A DNA stretch of 64,000 bases, taken from NCBI RefSeq assembly GCF_004010195.1, contig NC_057758.1, forward strand, positions 3,540,269 through 3,604,268, given 5' to 3'. Position numbers and translations under genes: made by a program. This DNA comes from Chiloscyllium plagiosum (lineage: Eukaryota). Under the pieces are notes generated by a model, which was not told the origin of the DNA, did no database searches, and saw only the letters and a program-made list of their open reading frames with translations. Positions 37,484-51,013 of the stretch are shown here, in pieces (within the stretch, counting starts at the first letter, position 1; each line of letters starts with the position of its first letter).

Positions 37484-39229
37484 TAGATGGCAGGGACCAA
37501 AAGGATCAGCAGTGAGCTGCTTTCTTCGGTCCCCTGTTAAAACCTGACCAGCAACGTCAAGTATACTGCTTGCTAAAAACCTAGCCTGGGAGGACTGGCC
37601 ACTTCCCTTACATTGTACAAGTATTAAAAAAAAACTTAAAACACTTTCAAGTCCATTTTTCCAGACATCTCAGACTCTCTGCTTTCCAAAGTCTCGGAAA
37701 AGAATAAACAATTGCAACATAACCTTGTCACAGAAGCAACTTCGATGCACTATCTCCAACAATCATTTACTCTCCTTCGCCCTTACACACACCCTTCCAT
37801 ATGCCATCTTGTGAAAACACATATGTCCTTTTCCTCGCTATCATCAGAACTGAAGTAGGGTCACTGGAGTAGAAAACTTAGCTGTGCTATCTCTGCAAAG
37901 AGGTTGCCGAACCTGCTGAGATGTTCCAGTGATCGCTGCTTTTGTTATAGAATTCCAGAATGCACAAGTCTTTCAGAATTTTGGCTGATGTATCTTGCAA
38001 ATTGCATCTGACCATCTCAGCATCATGGCTTTTCAGGGGTGATGCATCTTTTTTTTGATTGTTGTCTGTGGTTATGCCTTTAATAACCAAGTCCGGTTAT
38101 ATACCTTGCTTGATCATTATTTTTGGATTCAGCGATAATGTACAACCACAAAACATGTCATTGCCCTTCTTCTGATTCAACAAATCAGAGTTGATGCTTT
38201 GCTTTATTTCAATTTATTTTACGCTATAAACGTAATAATTAAGGACGTGCCATACGTACTTGTCCAGCAAGTGGTACCCAAATCCCATGAATGAATATAG
38301 TCGAAACTTAAAATTCTGCTACAGCTAACTGCAGGTACATGGAGAAACTGACACGAATTTTATGCCTTGAGCTCAAACCCACTCTCCCACCACATAACGC
38401 CACCCAGCATGCGGTCTTCTGGTCGACTGATCTTTACCCATATGTTCTCAACACTCCACTCACAAAGTATACTGTTAACTAAACATCTGTGAACAAGACA
38501 CTGCTCATTTCACTTCCTCAGTTACAGTGTTCATAATAATCGGCATTGATGTCAAAAATCTTGTGAACTCCAAGAAGTCTGTCACATGTTCAGACTACTT
38601 GTTTTCGGCAGATGAACATAAATGTAAAAGTCTCTTGGTCTTCCCGATATATTCGCTTTGAAGAACAATTCCACTCGTGCATGTTATTCCAAGCATTGCT
38701 CCAGACTGACGTTAATGTTTCTCTTTAAGGTTGTACAATCCATGCTAGTTGACGTATTCCAACATTTTGAAGTAATGCTGCAACTGCTCGATTTCTTTTA
38801 TCACATTCACAGTTTCGAACATCTATCACCTTTCAATGATTATCTCGCAAATCTTTATCTTGAAGTGTCTGTATTTACATGGTTTTTACTTCTGGAACAA
38901 ATTTCAACAGCTTTGTTTGAGAAAAGCAGACACAGACAGCTGGTAGATTGAAACCTCCTCTGCTATCTAACCCCGTCTCACAGACTTGCAGTTGTCTTAC
39001 AAGACAGCCCAGAATCTTTGTCGTTATGACTGCTATGAAAAGAATCAGGGCAACATAATCTAGTTAAAGGAGCAACATCATCAGAATGCGGAGACAACTG
39101 GTTGTGGTTTCATCTGACGTTCGCCACACCTGAGGCGAGGGGAGAGTCTGGGCAGGTCGTAACTGCACGGTATTAACGATTTGGAGTAAGGTAATGAACT
39201 TTCTGCCACCAAAACTGCAAATGTCATGA

Positions 39230-41146
39230 ACATAAATGAAACGGCAGGTTGTGAGAGGGATCCAAACAATTTCTTGAACTATATTGATAGTTCAAGTCGA
39301 TGGGCCAAATGTTGACAACTGTTGAATAATGTAGGAAGACCTGAAGGTGCCATTTTGCAAGAGAGAACGAAGAACAGAATATTATTTAAATGAAAAAAAT
39401 ACTACAAAACAATGAGGCTTCTGAGCACTTGTGCTGAAGCACAGAAAGCTGGCACATGGGGCAGCAGGCAATCACAAAAGGTAATGGAATGTTGTCTCTC
39501 ATTTCCTTGGCTTGAAGTATCACAGTGCAGTAGTCTGACTGCAACTGAACAAGGTGCTGGGGAAACAACATCTGGAATATCGTGAGCAGTTATTGTTCCT
39601 TTATTGGCGGAAATTTGTTATTTGCTTGGTGGCAGTTCAGAGAAGGTATACTGGAATAATTTCGTATTTGAAGGTCGCATCACATAAGCAAAGGCTAAGT
39701 AGTTTATGAACTATTCAATAAAGTTTGGAAGGACGAAGCAGGCAGGATTCCGAAGATTGCTTGACAGTGTAAGTGCTGGAGGAACATTTCCTTAACGGGG
39801 ATTTAAGGACCAGGGAGTCTCAGAACAGAGAGGCACCAATTTAATACTGAACAAGAGCATAGAATATAGAACAGTACAGCATACGACAGGCCTTTTTGCC
39901 CTCGATGTGATGCCAATCTTTTATACCACTCGAAGAAAAGTTTCGCCTCCACGCCCTTAATTTTACTATCATCCATGTGCCTATATTAATTAATTATCCC
40001 TAATGTGTCTGACTCTACGACTACTGCTGGCAGTTTTTCCACGCACCCACGACTCTCTGCACAAAGAAACAATCTCCGCTACACTTCCTGCAATTAACTT
40101 AAATTATGGACACTCGTGATCGTCATTCCTGTCCTGGGAAATCTTTCTGTCTTTACACTCAATTTCTGCCGCTCAACATCTTGTGCACCTCCATCAATTC
40201 ATATCACATCTTTCTTGACGCCAATGAGAAAGTTCCTAGATCTCTCAAGCTATCTTCGTAAGACCTGAACGCCTTCCCCGGCAGCATCCTGATAAATCTC
40301 CTCTGCAGCCTCTCTAAAGCTTCCGCATGTTTCCTGTATTGATGCATTCAGAAATGAACACAATGTTCCCAGTGTGGTATGACCAGGGTTTTATAGAGCT
40401 GCACCATAGCCTCACGCCTCTTAACCTCAATCCCCGTGCCAATGAATGCCAACACACTGTTAGCCTTCTTAACACTCATGTCAACTTGGGTATTAGCTTT
40501 GAACATTCTGTGGATGTGGACCCCAAGATTCCTCCGTTCCTCCACACTGCCAAGAATCCTGGCTATATGCCTGCGTTCTGCATTCAATTTACATCTACCA
40601 AAATAATCAGTTCACACTTTTGCAGAGTTAACTCCAGCTGCTACTTCCCAGCCCAGCTCTGAATCCTATCGATTCACCCTTCAAAAGGCCTCCACACTAT
40701 CCACAACTCCTGCAACTTTCGTGTCATTGGCAAACTCACTAACGAATCCTTCCACTTCCTCACATAAGAAAATCACATGGAGCAGAGGTCGCAGAACTGA
40801 TCCTTGCAGACCACTACAGGTCACTGAGCTCCACACTGAATACTTTCTATCAACTAGCACTCTCTTCCGAATATGGGCCAGCCAACGCAGTGTTCAGATT
40901 GCCAAAGTTTCCTTTGTCTAACACTTCCTTGCTTTCCTAATGAGCCTACAATAGGGAACCTTATCAATCGTCTTGCTAAAATCCATGAACATAACATCCA
41001 CTGCTCCAGCTGCATCAGCGTGTTTTTATCACGTTCTCAGATAATTCATTAAAACTTGTGAAGCATGACGTGCCACTCGCAAAGCCATGCTGACCATCTC
41101 TAATCAAGCTATGATCTTCCAAAGTATCGGAAATCCTGTCTCTCAT
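39230..41146. mobile_element. Two CR1 fragments (+ 39230-39855; - 39860-41146)
   Basis: ORF 40348-40587 ERRNLGVHIH...LYKTLVIPHWEHCVHF; ATAGA tail near 39860. Confidence 0.8.
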
Positions 41147-44100
41147 ATCATGAAGGTGCAGAGGTGTACTGTACCCTTAAGCGTGTGAAGGACTTATCAA
41201 GCACGCAGAGTTCTGGAGAACTTGCAATGTAGCATTTGGTCCGGCAGCTAACAGTACCTGGATTGTTATGAGACAAAAAAATCACATTCGAGTTCGGCCA
41301 GTTAATTTAAATTATACCGAAGATACTAAATTCCAATCAAGTTTGAATTTGATATTTGGACAATATTAAAACCAATGGAACGATCCGATTCTTTGAAATA
41401 TAAATATTAATCAAATTGAACATTTGGGGGAGAAATGCTGAAATATTATCAGACAAGGGCTTCCATTCAGAACTCTCTGAGAGGTACCTGTCAGAGAGGG
41501 AGTTTGCACAGAGAAAAAACTATCGACACTGAACTCAAAAGAAAATCTACAGAGGAAGATACCAAGACAAGATCCGACAATTGGCTGGTTTTGAAATTTG
41601 ATTTTTTTTTCTGGAAACATTAATGTTTTCTTTTATCGGACCAGTGAAAGAGAGAGAAAGTAGAAGTTATGTCAGAGGAAGGAGATGTAAATATTTGATA
41701 AGTAATTATTCTCTGTTCCACTTTTAAAAGTTAATCTTTCTTTCAAATAGTGCTTATTGCGATAGGTCCTGACCTCTCGAATTTTGAAAGATTACATCAC
41801 GAGTTGAACTTCTGTCCTTTGTTGCTAGTTTAAATTAGCAGGGAGTGATTATCGTGTCGTAACCGTTGGCAGCTCGTCATCAGGATTCCAACAGTTTGGA
41901 GGCTTTTGTCTGCGATTTAAACTGTTTTAGATGGATCCAGTCTGAGTTTTGCAGTATATTAGACACATGTGAATAGATTTAGGGGTATGAAAAAAATCCG
42001 GCAGATTTAAACACTTGCTCTAGATATTTATAGAAAACTTAGGTGAGACATTTTTTCCTTAATTTCGCTGACTCGTGATTGCTTAAATTAAAAGTGAAGG
42101 AAATGGCACTTAAAACTGCAGAATGCATTCTGACATTTAAGGATGATTCTCAAATTTGCCAAGAAAGTTTAGAAAAAAACAAAAAGCTGATACTTTTAGA
42201 ATCAGCAAAAAACATAGATTTGGATTTAACCAAGGACAAACAACGAAAGCTGAAATTGGAAGGGAATTACTCAAACACATAGGTATGTCAAAGAAACAGA
42301 CAGGTGCAGTAGAGTAGAAAACCTTAAAATTGATGAATTGGAGTTAGAAGATAAACAAAGAGAGCGCGAGGAAAGAGAGAGAGGAGAAAGGGAGCGAGAA
42401 AGAGAAAGCGAGGAAGAAGAAAGCAATAAAGTTCTGACGTGAGCAAAAGGAGAGAGAATTTGACGTTGAGAAGTTGCGACTTATTCAGCGAAATGTAGTT
42501 AAGAGGATGGAGATTAAAATAAAACGTGGTGATACATATAAGTATGTCAAAATTATGCCACATTTTGATGAGACAGATGTTGGAGCCCGCATTATTCCAT
42601 TTTTGTAAAAATTGTCTTCGCCGATGGAGTGGTCTGAAGATCTATGGTTACTGCTATTTCAGACTAAACTGGTAGACAGAGCTGGTGAGGTATTTGCCTC
42701 GCTGTCAGATGAAGGGAAATAGTTTGTGAAGATGTGAAACAGGATATTTTAAGTGTTTATAAATTAGCACCAGAATCATGTAGACAGCAGTTCAGAACGT
42801 AAGGAAGCAACCAGGTCAGACTTCCGTTGAGTTTGAAAGAATTAAGCATAGTCATTTTGATAGGTGGCTGCGTGTTTTAAAAATACATAAAACCTTTGAG
42901 GCTCGATGAGAGATTATTCTGGGTGCAGGAGTTTGAACACTCACTTCTAGTGATGGTAAGAATTCACGTGGAGGAACAGAACGTTCAGGAAGTGAGAGAG
43001 GCAGCAGGATTAGCAGATGAAAGCACGTTGGTGCCTGAGACAAGCTTCCAGCCAGAAATTCGTCCTGAGAAGAGGATTGTACACTACGAAAGAATGACTA
43101 GAGAGCACTGGAAATAATTTTCCACATGTTAAAGAGGCCCAAAAAGGTGAAAAGGAGGTGAAAGGCCTCAGGAGTTTTCACTGTAATGGAGTGAGACACA
43201 GAAAATTACAGTCTAGATTAGAGTTTGCTGGAACACACCTTACCCCAGTTCCAACCTTCCAGCTCAACACCATCCTCATTACCTGTCCTACTTGCCAATC
43301 TTCCTTCCAACCCAACCCTTCTCGCCTCACCCCTCTGATCTATCACCTTCATCCCCACCTCCATTCAACTATTATACTCAAGGCTAGTTTTCCCCCAGCC
43401 CCACCCCCTCACATTTATCTCTCCACTCCAGACCCTCCCAGCCTGCATTTCTGATTAAGTGCTTTTGCTCGAAACGTCGATTTTCCTGATCCTCAGAAGC
43501 TTTACCAGCACAACTCTAATCTGGACTCTAATCTCCAGCATTCTGCAGTCCTCAGTTTTGCCACAGAAAATTACAGTGCTGGTGCTTTCAGAAGGGCACT
43601 GGGAAAATATGTTTTCACTGCCAGAAGGTCGGACATGGAAAGTCACAGTGCGAGTTGCGAAGGAAAGGTATTGTTGGAAAAGATGTGGTAAATGAAGCAA
43701 AACCAGTAACTGTAATGAACGATGTAAAAGTGACCCCAAGAAAAACGCCCAGGAGCTGCGGGAGAGCGCACAGCCTGGACACAGGCTCAGTATGGAGTTC
43801 GGACTTGATCTCGACAAAGAATTCGCCTCTTGGGTAAGGTTACTCAGAAAGAACACGGAGTGAAGGACAAAACGTTACAATTTGAGAGATACAGCATTTA
43901 ACCAGTCGCTGATAGTAAGAGATGAGCAAATATGCACTCTTTCTGATCTGCTACCGAGAGTGTTGTCATAATTTGTGGGACAGATGAACAGACATTTAGC
44001 GTTCTCCTATGTAAGATTAGGTAATCTTGCCAACTCAAGACTGGGGGATTAACAGTGTGAGTGACTGCCACAGTGTCAGTTCCAGAAATTCAGTTTGTTC

Positions 44101-46680
44101 TTGGGAATGATTTGGCAGGTTACAATGTGGCAGTGATAATCTTGTTGTGTCGAAACCCAAGGAAGACCAAGAAACTGAAGAGTCAAAACAGAAATACCTT
44201 GATATTTTCCGAGACTGTGTCGTAACCAGATCCCACCATCATAAGTTACAGCACAAAGCGAAAAGTAAAGAGAAAGATGAAGCATTAAGGTTCAGTTTGC
44301 GGACACGCTGGTTGACGTAATGGTGCAGGAAGAACCTGAACAGGCAGAGGATCAGATGGAAATGTTTAATCCTGAAAAGCTAAGGGACTTGAACTGCAAG
44401 ACAAGACGATGACAGATACTTAAGTGGAGGCGTACTCCGGAAAGGAGGCAGTCAATATTTCTGAGAGTAATTATCAGAAAGATAGAATTCTAAGTTGGAA
44501 ATGGAGACCACAGCAGGTTAGTGCAGAGGAGAAATGGGCCAAAGTGCACCAGATTGTGTTGCTGGTAGCATGCAGACAGGGGGTGTTACGGGTAGCACAT
44601 GAACTACTCTAGGAGGTCACCTAGTGATGTGAATTTCTCAGGCTGAGGTACAAAAATCTTTATTGGTTTGAAATGGAATTTAATCAAAGTCCCGCATTCA
44701 CACGTGTTCCATTTGAATGTGTAGGTCCCTTCCCAATAACTTAAAATGGGAAGTAATAGTTGTTAACCATAATGAATGTATCTACCAGATTTCCAGAGGC
44801 AATTGCATTATGGAGTATCAAGGCAAAAAAGCATAGTAGAGGAGTTAGTAGCTTTCTTTACAGTGTGTGGGATTCATTCGGTCCAAGGGTCAAATTTTAC
44901 TCTAAGTTGTTTAAGGAGGTTGTGGATAGCATAAGTATAAAACACTTCAAGTCTCGTGCGTATGATCCCGGTTCCCAGGGAGCTTCAGATCTGAAGACCA
45001 TATTGACAGCATACTGTTAGAGTTACCGGAACGTTTTGGGATAAAGCTATCCCATTCGTATTATTAGCAGTTAAAAATGCCGCAAACGAAACTACTCAGT
45101 TCACTCCCTTCGATATAATATTCGGTCATGAAGTGAGAGGCCCTTGAAATTCATTCATGAAAAATTGACACGACCAAATTGGGACATGCCACAATTCGAT
45201 TATATATCGGCTGAGTTAATGGAGTAGGTAGTTCTTAAATACCACCGAGAATGGGCTCAATATAGAATGAAGGTGGTGGCAGATCAAAGCTCTGAGACCC
45301 TGACGTTTTCCCGAGGGAATGTCGTGGTTATGCTCTTTCCCATGACAGGAGATCACTTCAAAGCCAAGCTTAGTGGTCCCTTCCAAACTGAGAAAAAGGG
45401 TGAGTCAAGTGTACGACCTAGTAAAGATGCCAGATATAAAAAAAATCGGCCTGTCATTTGAACATGTTCAAACCGTATTATACCAGAGAGAAAGAACTGG
45501 AGAAAGAGGTGTTAATTATTGCCCCATAAAGTGAGGAACCATTTCCAGATGATATCGACGTTAATTTGCGTCAAAATAGATTAAAAAGTAAAGACGTTCT
45601 TGAGGAGTGGGTTAGGTGAGTAAGCTACCTGTCTCAAGAACATAGAATGCAATTGATAGATTTGGTACTACCGCATATGGACTTATGTGAGAATCAGTGG
45701 GGGAGGACAAATGCAATTGTACACAAAGTAGAAAAAGGTTATACTGCTGCAATGAAACATATCTCCTACCAGCTTAATCCTTTTAAAGCCATACAGGTCC
45801 AGACGTAGGTGGAGGACATGTTGAAGAGGATGTCATCGAACCAAGCCAGATTCAGAGGAGTTCGTCATACGTCTTATTTCCAACACTAAGAGATGGAGTA
45901 GAATAATTCTGCGTGGATTTTCGGAAGGTCAACGCTGTTACAAAACCAGGCTCAGATCCAATTTCTAGATTGGAGAACTGTATCGAAAAAGTTAACAAGC
46001 CAATTTCATCACCAAGTTTGACAAAGTGCATGGTTACTGAAAGGCACCTTTGTCAGAGATGGCAAAAGAAACTTCTGCGTTTGTAACCCCAAATGGACTA
46101 TATCAGTTTAAAGTGATAGTCTTTTGATCGAATAGGCACCGGCCACATTCTGAAGACTCAGTAATAGAATTTTGGCTGGATTACCAAACTGTGCAGTCTA
46201 TTTGAACGATGTCGTGACCTTTATTACGTCCTGGCAGAGTCACATGTTACAGTTGGCAGAGCCCTTTGAATGACAACCAGAAGCAAAACTCATGATAAAC
46301 TTAAACAAAATTGAATTCGTTAAAGCAGAGGTGACGTTCTTGGGACATAACATCAGTCATGGAAGGTTGACCCCCCGGAACATAAACAAGAAGTTCATCA
46401 AGGAATTTCCAAAGCAAACCTCGAAGAAACAGATGCATCGTCTATTAGGAATAATGTACTCTATCAGAGGTTTGTTCCAAACTTCAGCAGTGTAGTGGGG
46501 CCATTATCCGATTTGCTGAAGAAGAAGACAAAGTTTCAGTAGACAGTACAACGCCAGGAGGCATTCGACCATTTGAAAGCAATATTAATCATTAAACTAA
46601 TTTTAACTACAGCAAACTTTTCAAACATTTTCAAGTCACCATTGATGCTAGTGACATCGGAATTGGAGCTGCACTGCGGG
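41147..46680 (+). mobile_element. Degenerate Ty3/gypsy LTR retrotransposon, Gmr1-type (LTR-gag-PR-IN-RT-RH), 3' truncated
   Basis: LTR to ~41863 and PBS-like TGGCAGCTCGTC. Integrase LTIMNVSTRFPEAI..SQGA (44760-45020) precedes RT (FCVDFRKVN ~45910, VTFLGH ~46340) and RNase H IDASDIGIGAAL (~46650). Confidence 0.85.
43213..43561 (+). mobile_element. Penelope family A pLTR insertion in the gypsy gag region, 16-bp TSD
   Basis: CACAGAAAATTACAGT at 43197-43212 and 43562-43577. Short inverted 5' piece and a decayed hammerhead (CTGATTA) at 43451. Confidence 0.85.
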
Positions 46681-47040
46681 TTCTCCAGGGCACAAACACG
46701 GAGGTGATCCTAGTGGAATCCACGGACGATGTGATCTTCACTTTCATGTACCCAGCTGAACTCGGAGCATGTGCACGTGCCAAGCAATGTACTAGTTAGT
46801 GTCCTCCTCCTGGATCAATTGGGGCCAATTGTTCTGGACTCCAGTGGTGGGTGGACTCTCTGCCGAAGGGGTTATGGGGATTCAGCTGGACTACCACCGA
46901 AGTCCTCCAACTGGGTGCCTACCTATACCAAGCTAAGGAATCCTGGGCGACGAATTAGCAGAAGATGGACCCCAAAATCTCTGCTCTCATAGGCCGGTAG
47001 ACAGGGCGGCACTCGGTGCTATCTTACAGGAGTCTTGTTA

Positions 47041-47330
47041 AGAGGTGCGAGGCAGGAGCGAACGACTTCTGGGAAGGTGAGTTTAATGGTTTGAAAACTT
47101 TATTTCAGGCGTCGAGGCCTCCATTTGCCGAGAGGTGCGAGGGAGGAGCTAAGTATTCTGGGAAGGTGAGTCTAACGGTTTAAAACTCTTAGTTCAGGCG
47201 TCGGTGCCTCCATTTGCCGAGAGGTGCGAAGGGCCTCTGAGATGGTGAGTCTAACGGTTTAAAAACCTTACTTCAGGCGTCGGGGCTCCATTTGCCAAGA
47301 GGTGTGAGGAAGGAGTGAAGGACTTCTGGG
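47041..47330 (+). repeat. ~90-bp tandem repeats in CR1 5' UTR
   Basis: AGAGGTGCGA...GGTGAGT.TAA.GGTTT...TTCAGGCGTCG...CTCCATTTGCC, about 3.3 copies. Confidence 0.85.
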
Positions 47331-47339
47331 TAGTTTTTA

Positions 47340-49375
47340 AGTGGGTGGGAAATGGAGCTGGAGCTGGATGATCGACGGATCATCCGGGAGACAGAGGGGG
47401 AAACTGAGAGGATGTACAGGGAGGTGGTCACTCCCCAGACACCGGATAAGGACAGCTGGGTTACAGTCAGGGGGAGGAAAGGGAACCGACGGTCAGAGCA
47501 GGGATCTCCTGTGGCCGTTCCTCTCAGCAATAAGTATACCGTTTTGGATAATGCTGGTGGGGACAGCCTACCAGGGGAAAGCCATAGTTTTCAGGTCTCT
47601 GACACTGAGCCTGGCATTGTGGCTAAGAAGGGAAGGGGGGATAGAAAAGCGCTAGTGGTAGGGCGACTCAATAGTTAGGTAAAAACAATGACTGCAGATG
47701 CTGGACACCAGAGTATAGATTGGAATGGTGCTGGAAAAGCACAGCAGTTCAGGCAGCATCCGAGGAGCAGTAAAATCGATGTTTCGGGCAAAAGCCCTTC
47801 ATCAAGAGTACAGCAACAATAGTTAGACAGATTTACACGCGATTTTGTGGTCAGGAACGGGACTCAGGGAAGTTATGCTGTCTCCCTAGTGCTAGGGTCC
47901 AGGATTTACAAGATTCTGAAAGGGGAGGGTGAGCAACCAGAAATCTTGGTACATGTTGGCACCAATGATATAGCCAGGAAAGAGATTGAGGATGTGAATA
48001 GTGACAACAGAGAATTAGATTGGAAGCTGAAGAGCAGGACCAGTCGAGTAGTGATCTCAGGTTTGCTACTGGTGCCACGAGATAGTGTGATAAGGAATAG
48101 TCAGCGAATGCAGCTTAACACGTGTCCGCGACGCTGGTGCAAGTGAGAGGACTTCATACAACTAGACCGTTGGTATACCTTCTGGGGAACGTGGGACCTG
48201 TAAATGAAGGACGGGTTGCACCTGAACTGGAGGGCCACAAATGTCCTGGTTGGGAGATTTGTTCGCGTGATTCTGGAGGGATTAAACTAGTTTAGCGGGG
48301 GTGGAGGTGGGGAATCAGAGCCACGTGTCTGAGAGGGGTCAGTTCCACGCAAGGTGGAGGAAGCAAGGATCTAGTACAGTTTTAGAGGATTACAGGCTTG
48401 CTGGAAATGAGCTCAGATATGGACTGAGGAGAGCCAGGAGAGGACACGAAAAAGGCTTGGCAAGAAGGATTAGGGAGAACCAAGAGACATTTTACACATA
48501 CGTGAGGAATAAGAGAATGATCAGGGATAAGATAGGGCTGATCAGTGATAGCGGAGCGAACTTGTGCGTGGAATCTGAGCAGATAAGCCCTAAATTAGTT
48601 TTTTGCTTCGGTTTTCACCGAGGAAAGTAAACCTGTTGTAAATCAAAAGACTTAGAGGAGCTGGGATACAATCTTGTCCAGATCAAGATTGATGAACTTG
48701 ATGTGCTAGAAATTTTGGAAGATATTATGATTGATAAGTCCCCAGGGCCAAACCAGATTTATCCTAGGCTGCTCCGGGAAGCGGGAAACAAGGTTTCTAT
48801 GCATCTGGCGAGGATATTTTTCTCCTCCCTCTCCACAAGAGTCGTACTGGATGATTGGAAGGAGGCGAATGTTGTTCCTCTTTTCAAAAAGGGTAATAGG
48901 GAAATCCATGGCAATTACAGACCAGTCGGTCTTACGTCTGTGATCAGCAAAGGTTTGGAAAGAATTCTGAGGGATAGGATTTATGACTATTTGGCAAAGC
49001 ATAGAGTGATTAAAGGCAGTCCACATGGCTTTGTGAGAGGCAGGTCATGCCTCACAATCTTATAGAGTTCTTTGAGGAGGTGTCAAGACAGGTCGATGAC
49101 AGTTGGGCTGTGGATGTGGTGTATCTGGACTTCTGCAAGGCATTTGATAAGGTTCCCCATGGGAGGCTCATTCATAACGTCAGGCAGTATGGCATACAGG
49201 GAGATTTGGCTGTTGGATTCAGCATCGGCTGGCTGACAGAAGGCAGAGAGTGGTTGTGGACGGCATGTATTCTGCCTATAGGTCAGTATTGAGTAGGGTC
49301 GCGCAGGGCTCTGTTCTTGGACTCTGTTCTTTGTAGATTTTATAAAAGATGTGGATGAGGAGTTTGAGGGGTGGG
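47340..49375 (+). mobile_element. CR1 LINE ORF1 and internally deleted ORF2
   Basis: LSNKYTVLD, VHVGTND, KSPGPNQIYPRLL, NYRPVGLTS and YLDFCKAFDKVPH. Confidence 0.88.
47679..47816 (-). mobile_element. Penelope family A pLTR fragment, 10-bp TSD
   Basis: CAATAGTTAG at 47669-47678 and 47817-47826; mutated hammerhead at ~47777-47805. Confidence 0.85.
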
Positions 49376-50165
49376 CAGTGCATTCCAGGCATAACATCTT
49401 TTGTGGGAAAAACGCGGCACGCACATCTAACTTAATTGCCCCGCATACCTGTATTTTGAACCTGTGTCCCCTAGTAAATGTCCACGCCACACTGCGAAAA
49501 AGCCTCATATTTTCGAATCTATCCATGCTATTCACAATTTTTTAAACTTCCATTAGTTTCCTCTTTCAACCACCTGCATTTCAATGTAAGGAAACGCAGC
49601 CTGCCCAAACTTTATTTAAACATGTAATCCCCCCAACAAACAACCGTATAAATAGTTTATGTGCCCTCTCCAAAACATTCATGTCCTTCTGGTAATGTGG
49701 TGATCAGAACTGTACACAATATTCCAAATGTGCATTTTAAAATTAATGTTTTAAAAAGCTGCAGTATAACTTGACTATTGTTATAATTCATGTCCCTTAC
49801 ATTGTCGCCAACTATGCCAAATGCCTTATTTTTACGATCTTAGCGATTTGCATTCCCAACCTCAGTGATCCGTGGACTTGCCCACACAGATCACACGGCA
49901 TTTCATTTTTTTACTCTACAATTATCGTCTGTACATCTCCGAACAAAATGTATCACGTCATACTTTTCCAATTAAACCTTCATCTGCCATTTGTCTGCCC
50001 ATGTCTTCAAACGCTGTACCGCCTGCTTGATCCGCTAACAATCCTGCTCACTTTTGACATTTCCATCAATTGTTCCATTGCCAAAAACTAATCTTAACAA
50101 CAATGTTTTTCTCCAAATCATTTATGTCAAAGATGAACAGCACAGATTCCAGCACTGGCCCTTGT
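49376..50165 (-). mobile_element. CR1 ORF2 3' fragment
   Basis: TRGHRFKI in ORF 49083-49535; LEYCVQF on the reverse complement near 49715. Confidence 0.7.
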
Positions 50166-50837
50166 AATGATACCTATAACTGTGGTAATCTCTTTGACCA
50201 TGAGTTGATTTCCGACACCATGCCCTACCATTTCCTTATTTTATTTCCAGAAACATCCAGAACATACCTGACTGGCTCATCCAAACTTCTATTTAAAGTT
50301 CAGCAGGGAAATATGTTCTGATTGATTCGAATAATCTGCAACTGACACTGCCAGCTTCAAATGTGTAGAAATAAATTCTGATTCGATGCTCCATCCGAAC
50401 TGACACCAGAAATCCCCTCGAGCGATCATTCCTGTGAAAACATCTCTGCATTGTTATTAGATCCGGCAATACACTAATGTTAATGTGCTTAATGACATCG
50501 TCCTGCCTGTCCATTAAATGTTCATCCATCTCTCTCTTTTGAAAACCGCAACTCCTGCTAGTTCATCTTTAAACTAATTTCCTTCATGGACGTATTTTCT
50601 CAAACAATGATTCTCACGGTTCCCAACTTAGTCACACAGACTCACTCGCTTTTTTTTCTCTTGATCTGTCACGCAGACACAGACACATGCGCGCACGCAC
50701 ACGCTCACACACACACTCATACTGACACAATCACACACGTACACACACCTACACGCACCTTGAACTCGTACAATTGAGATTTGGAGACATCAATTTAGAG
50801 GAGAAATTTAGGACTGCAGATGCTGCTGTGATCAGAG

Positions 50838-51013
50838 TCAAAGAGTGTGGCGCTGAGAAAGCAGAGCTGGTCATGCAGTATCTGAGGTATAGGAATATCG
50901 ATGTTTTAGGGACAAGACGTTCCTGATGAAGGGCTTATGCCTGAAATGCCGATTCTCTTGCTCATCAGATACTGCCTGAGGGGTTGTGCTTTTCCAGCGC
51001 CACACTCTTCGAC
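50838..51013. repeat. Foldback of two inverted Penelope pLTR ends
   Basis: GTCAAAGAGTGTGGCGCTG pairs with CAGCGCCACACTCTTCGAC. Centre ~50922 at CTGATGA. Confidence 0.75.

Noticed and set aside
49300..49450. Twin-priming inversion within one CR1
   Set aside because: The plus and minus pieces overlap in RT coordinates and differ in decay, so they are two elements.
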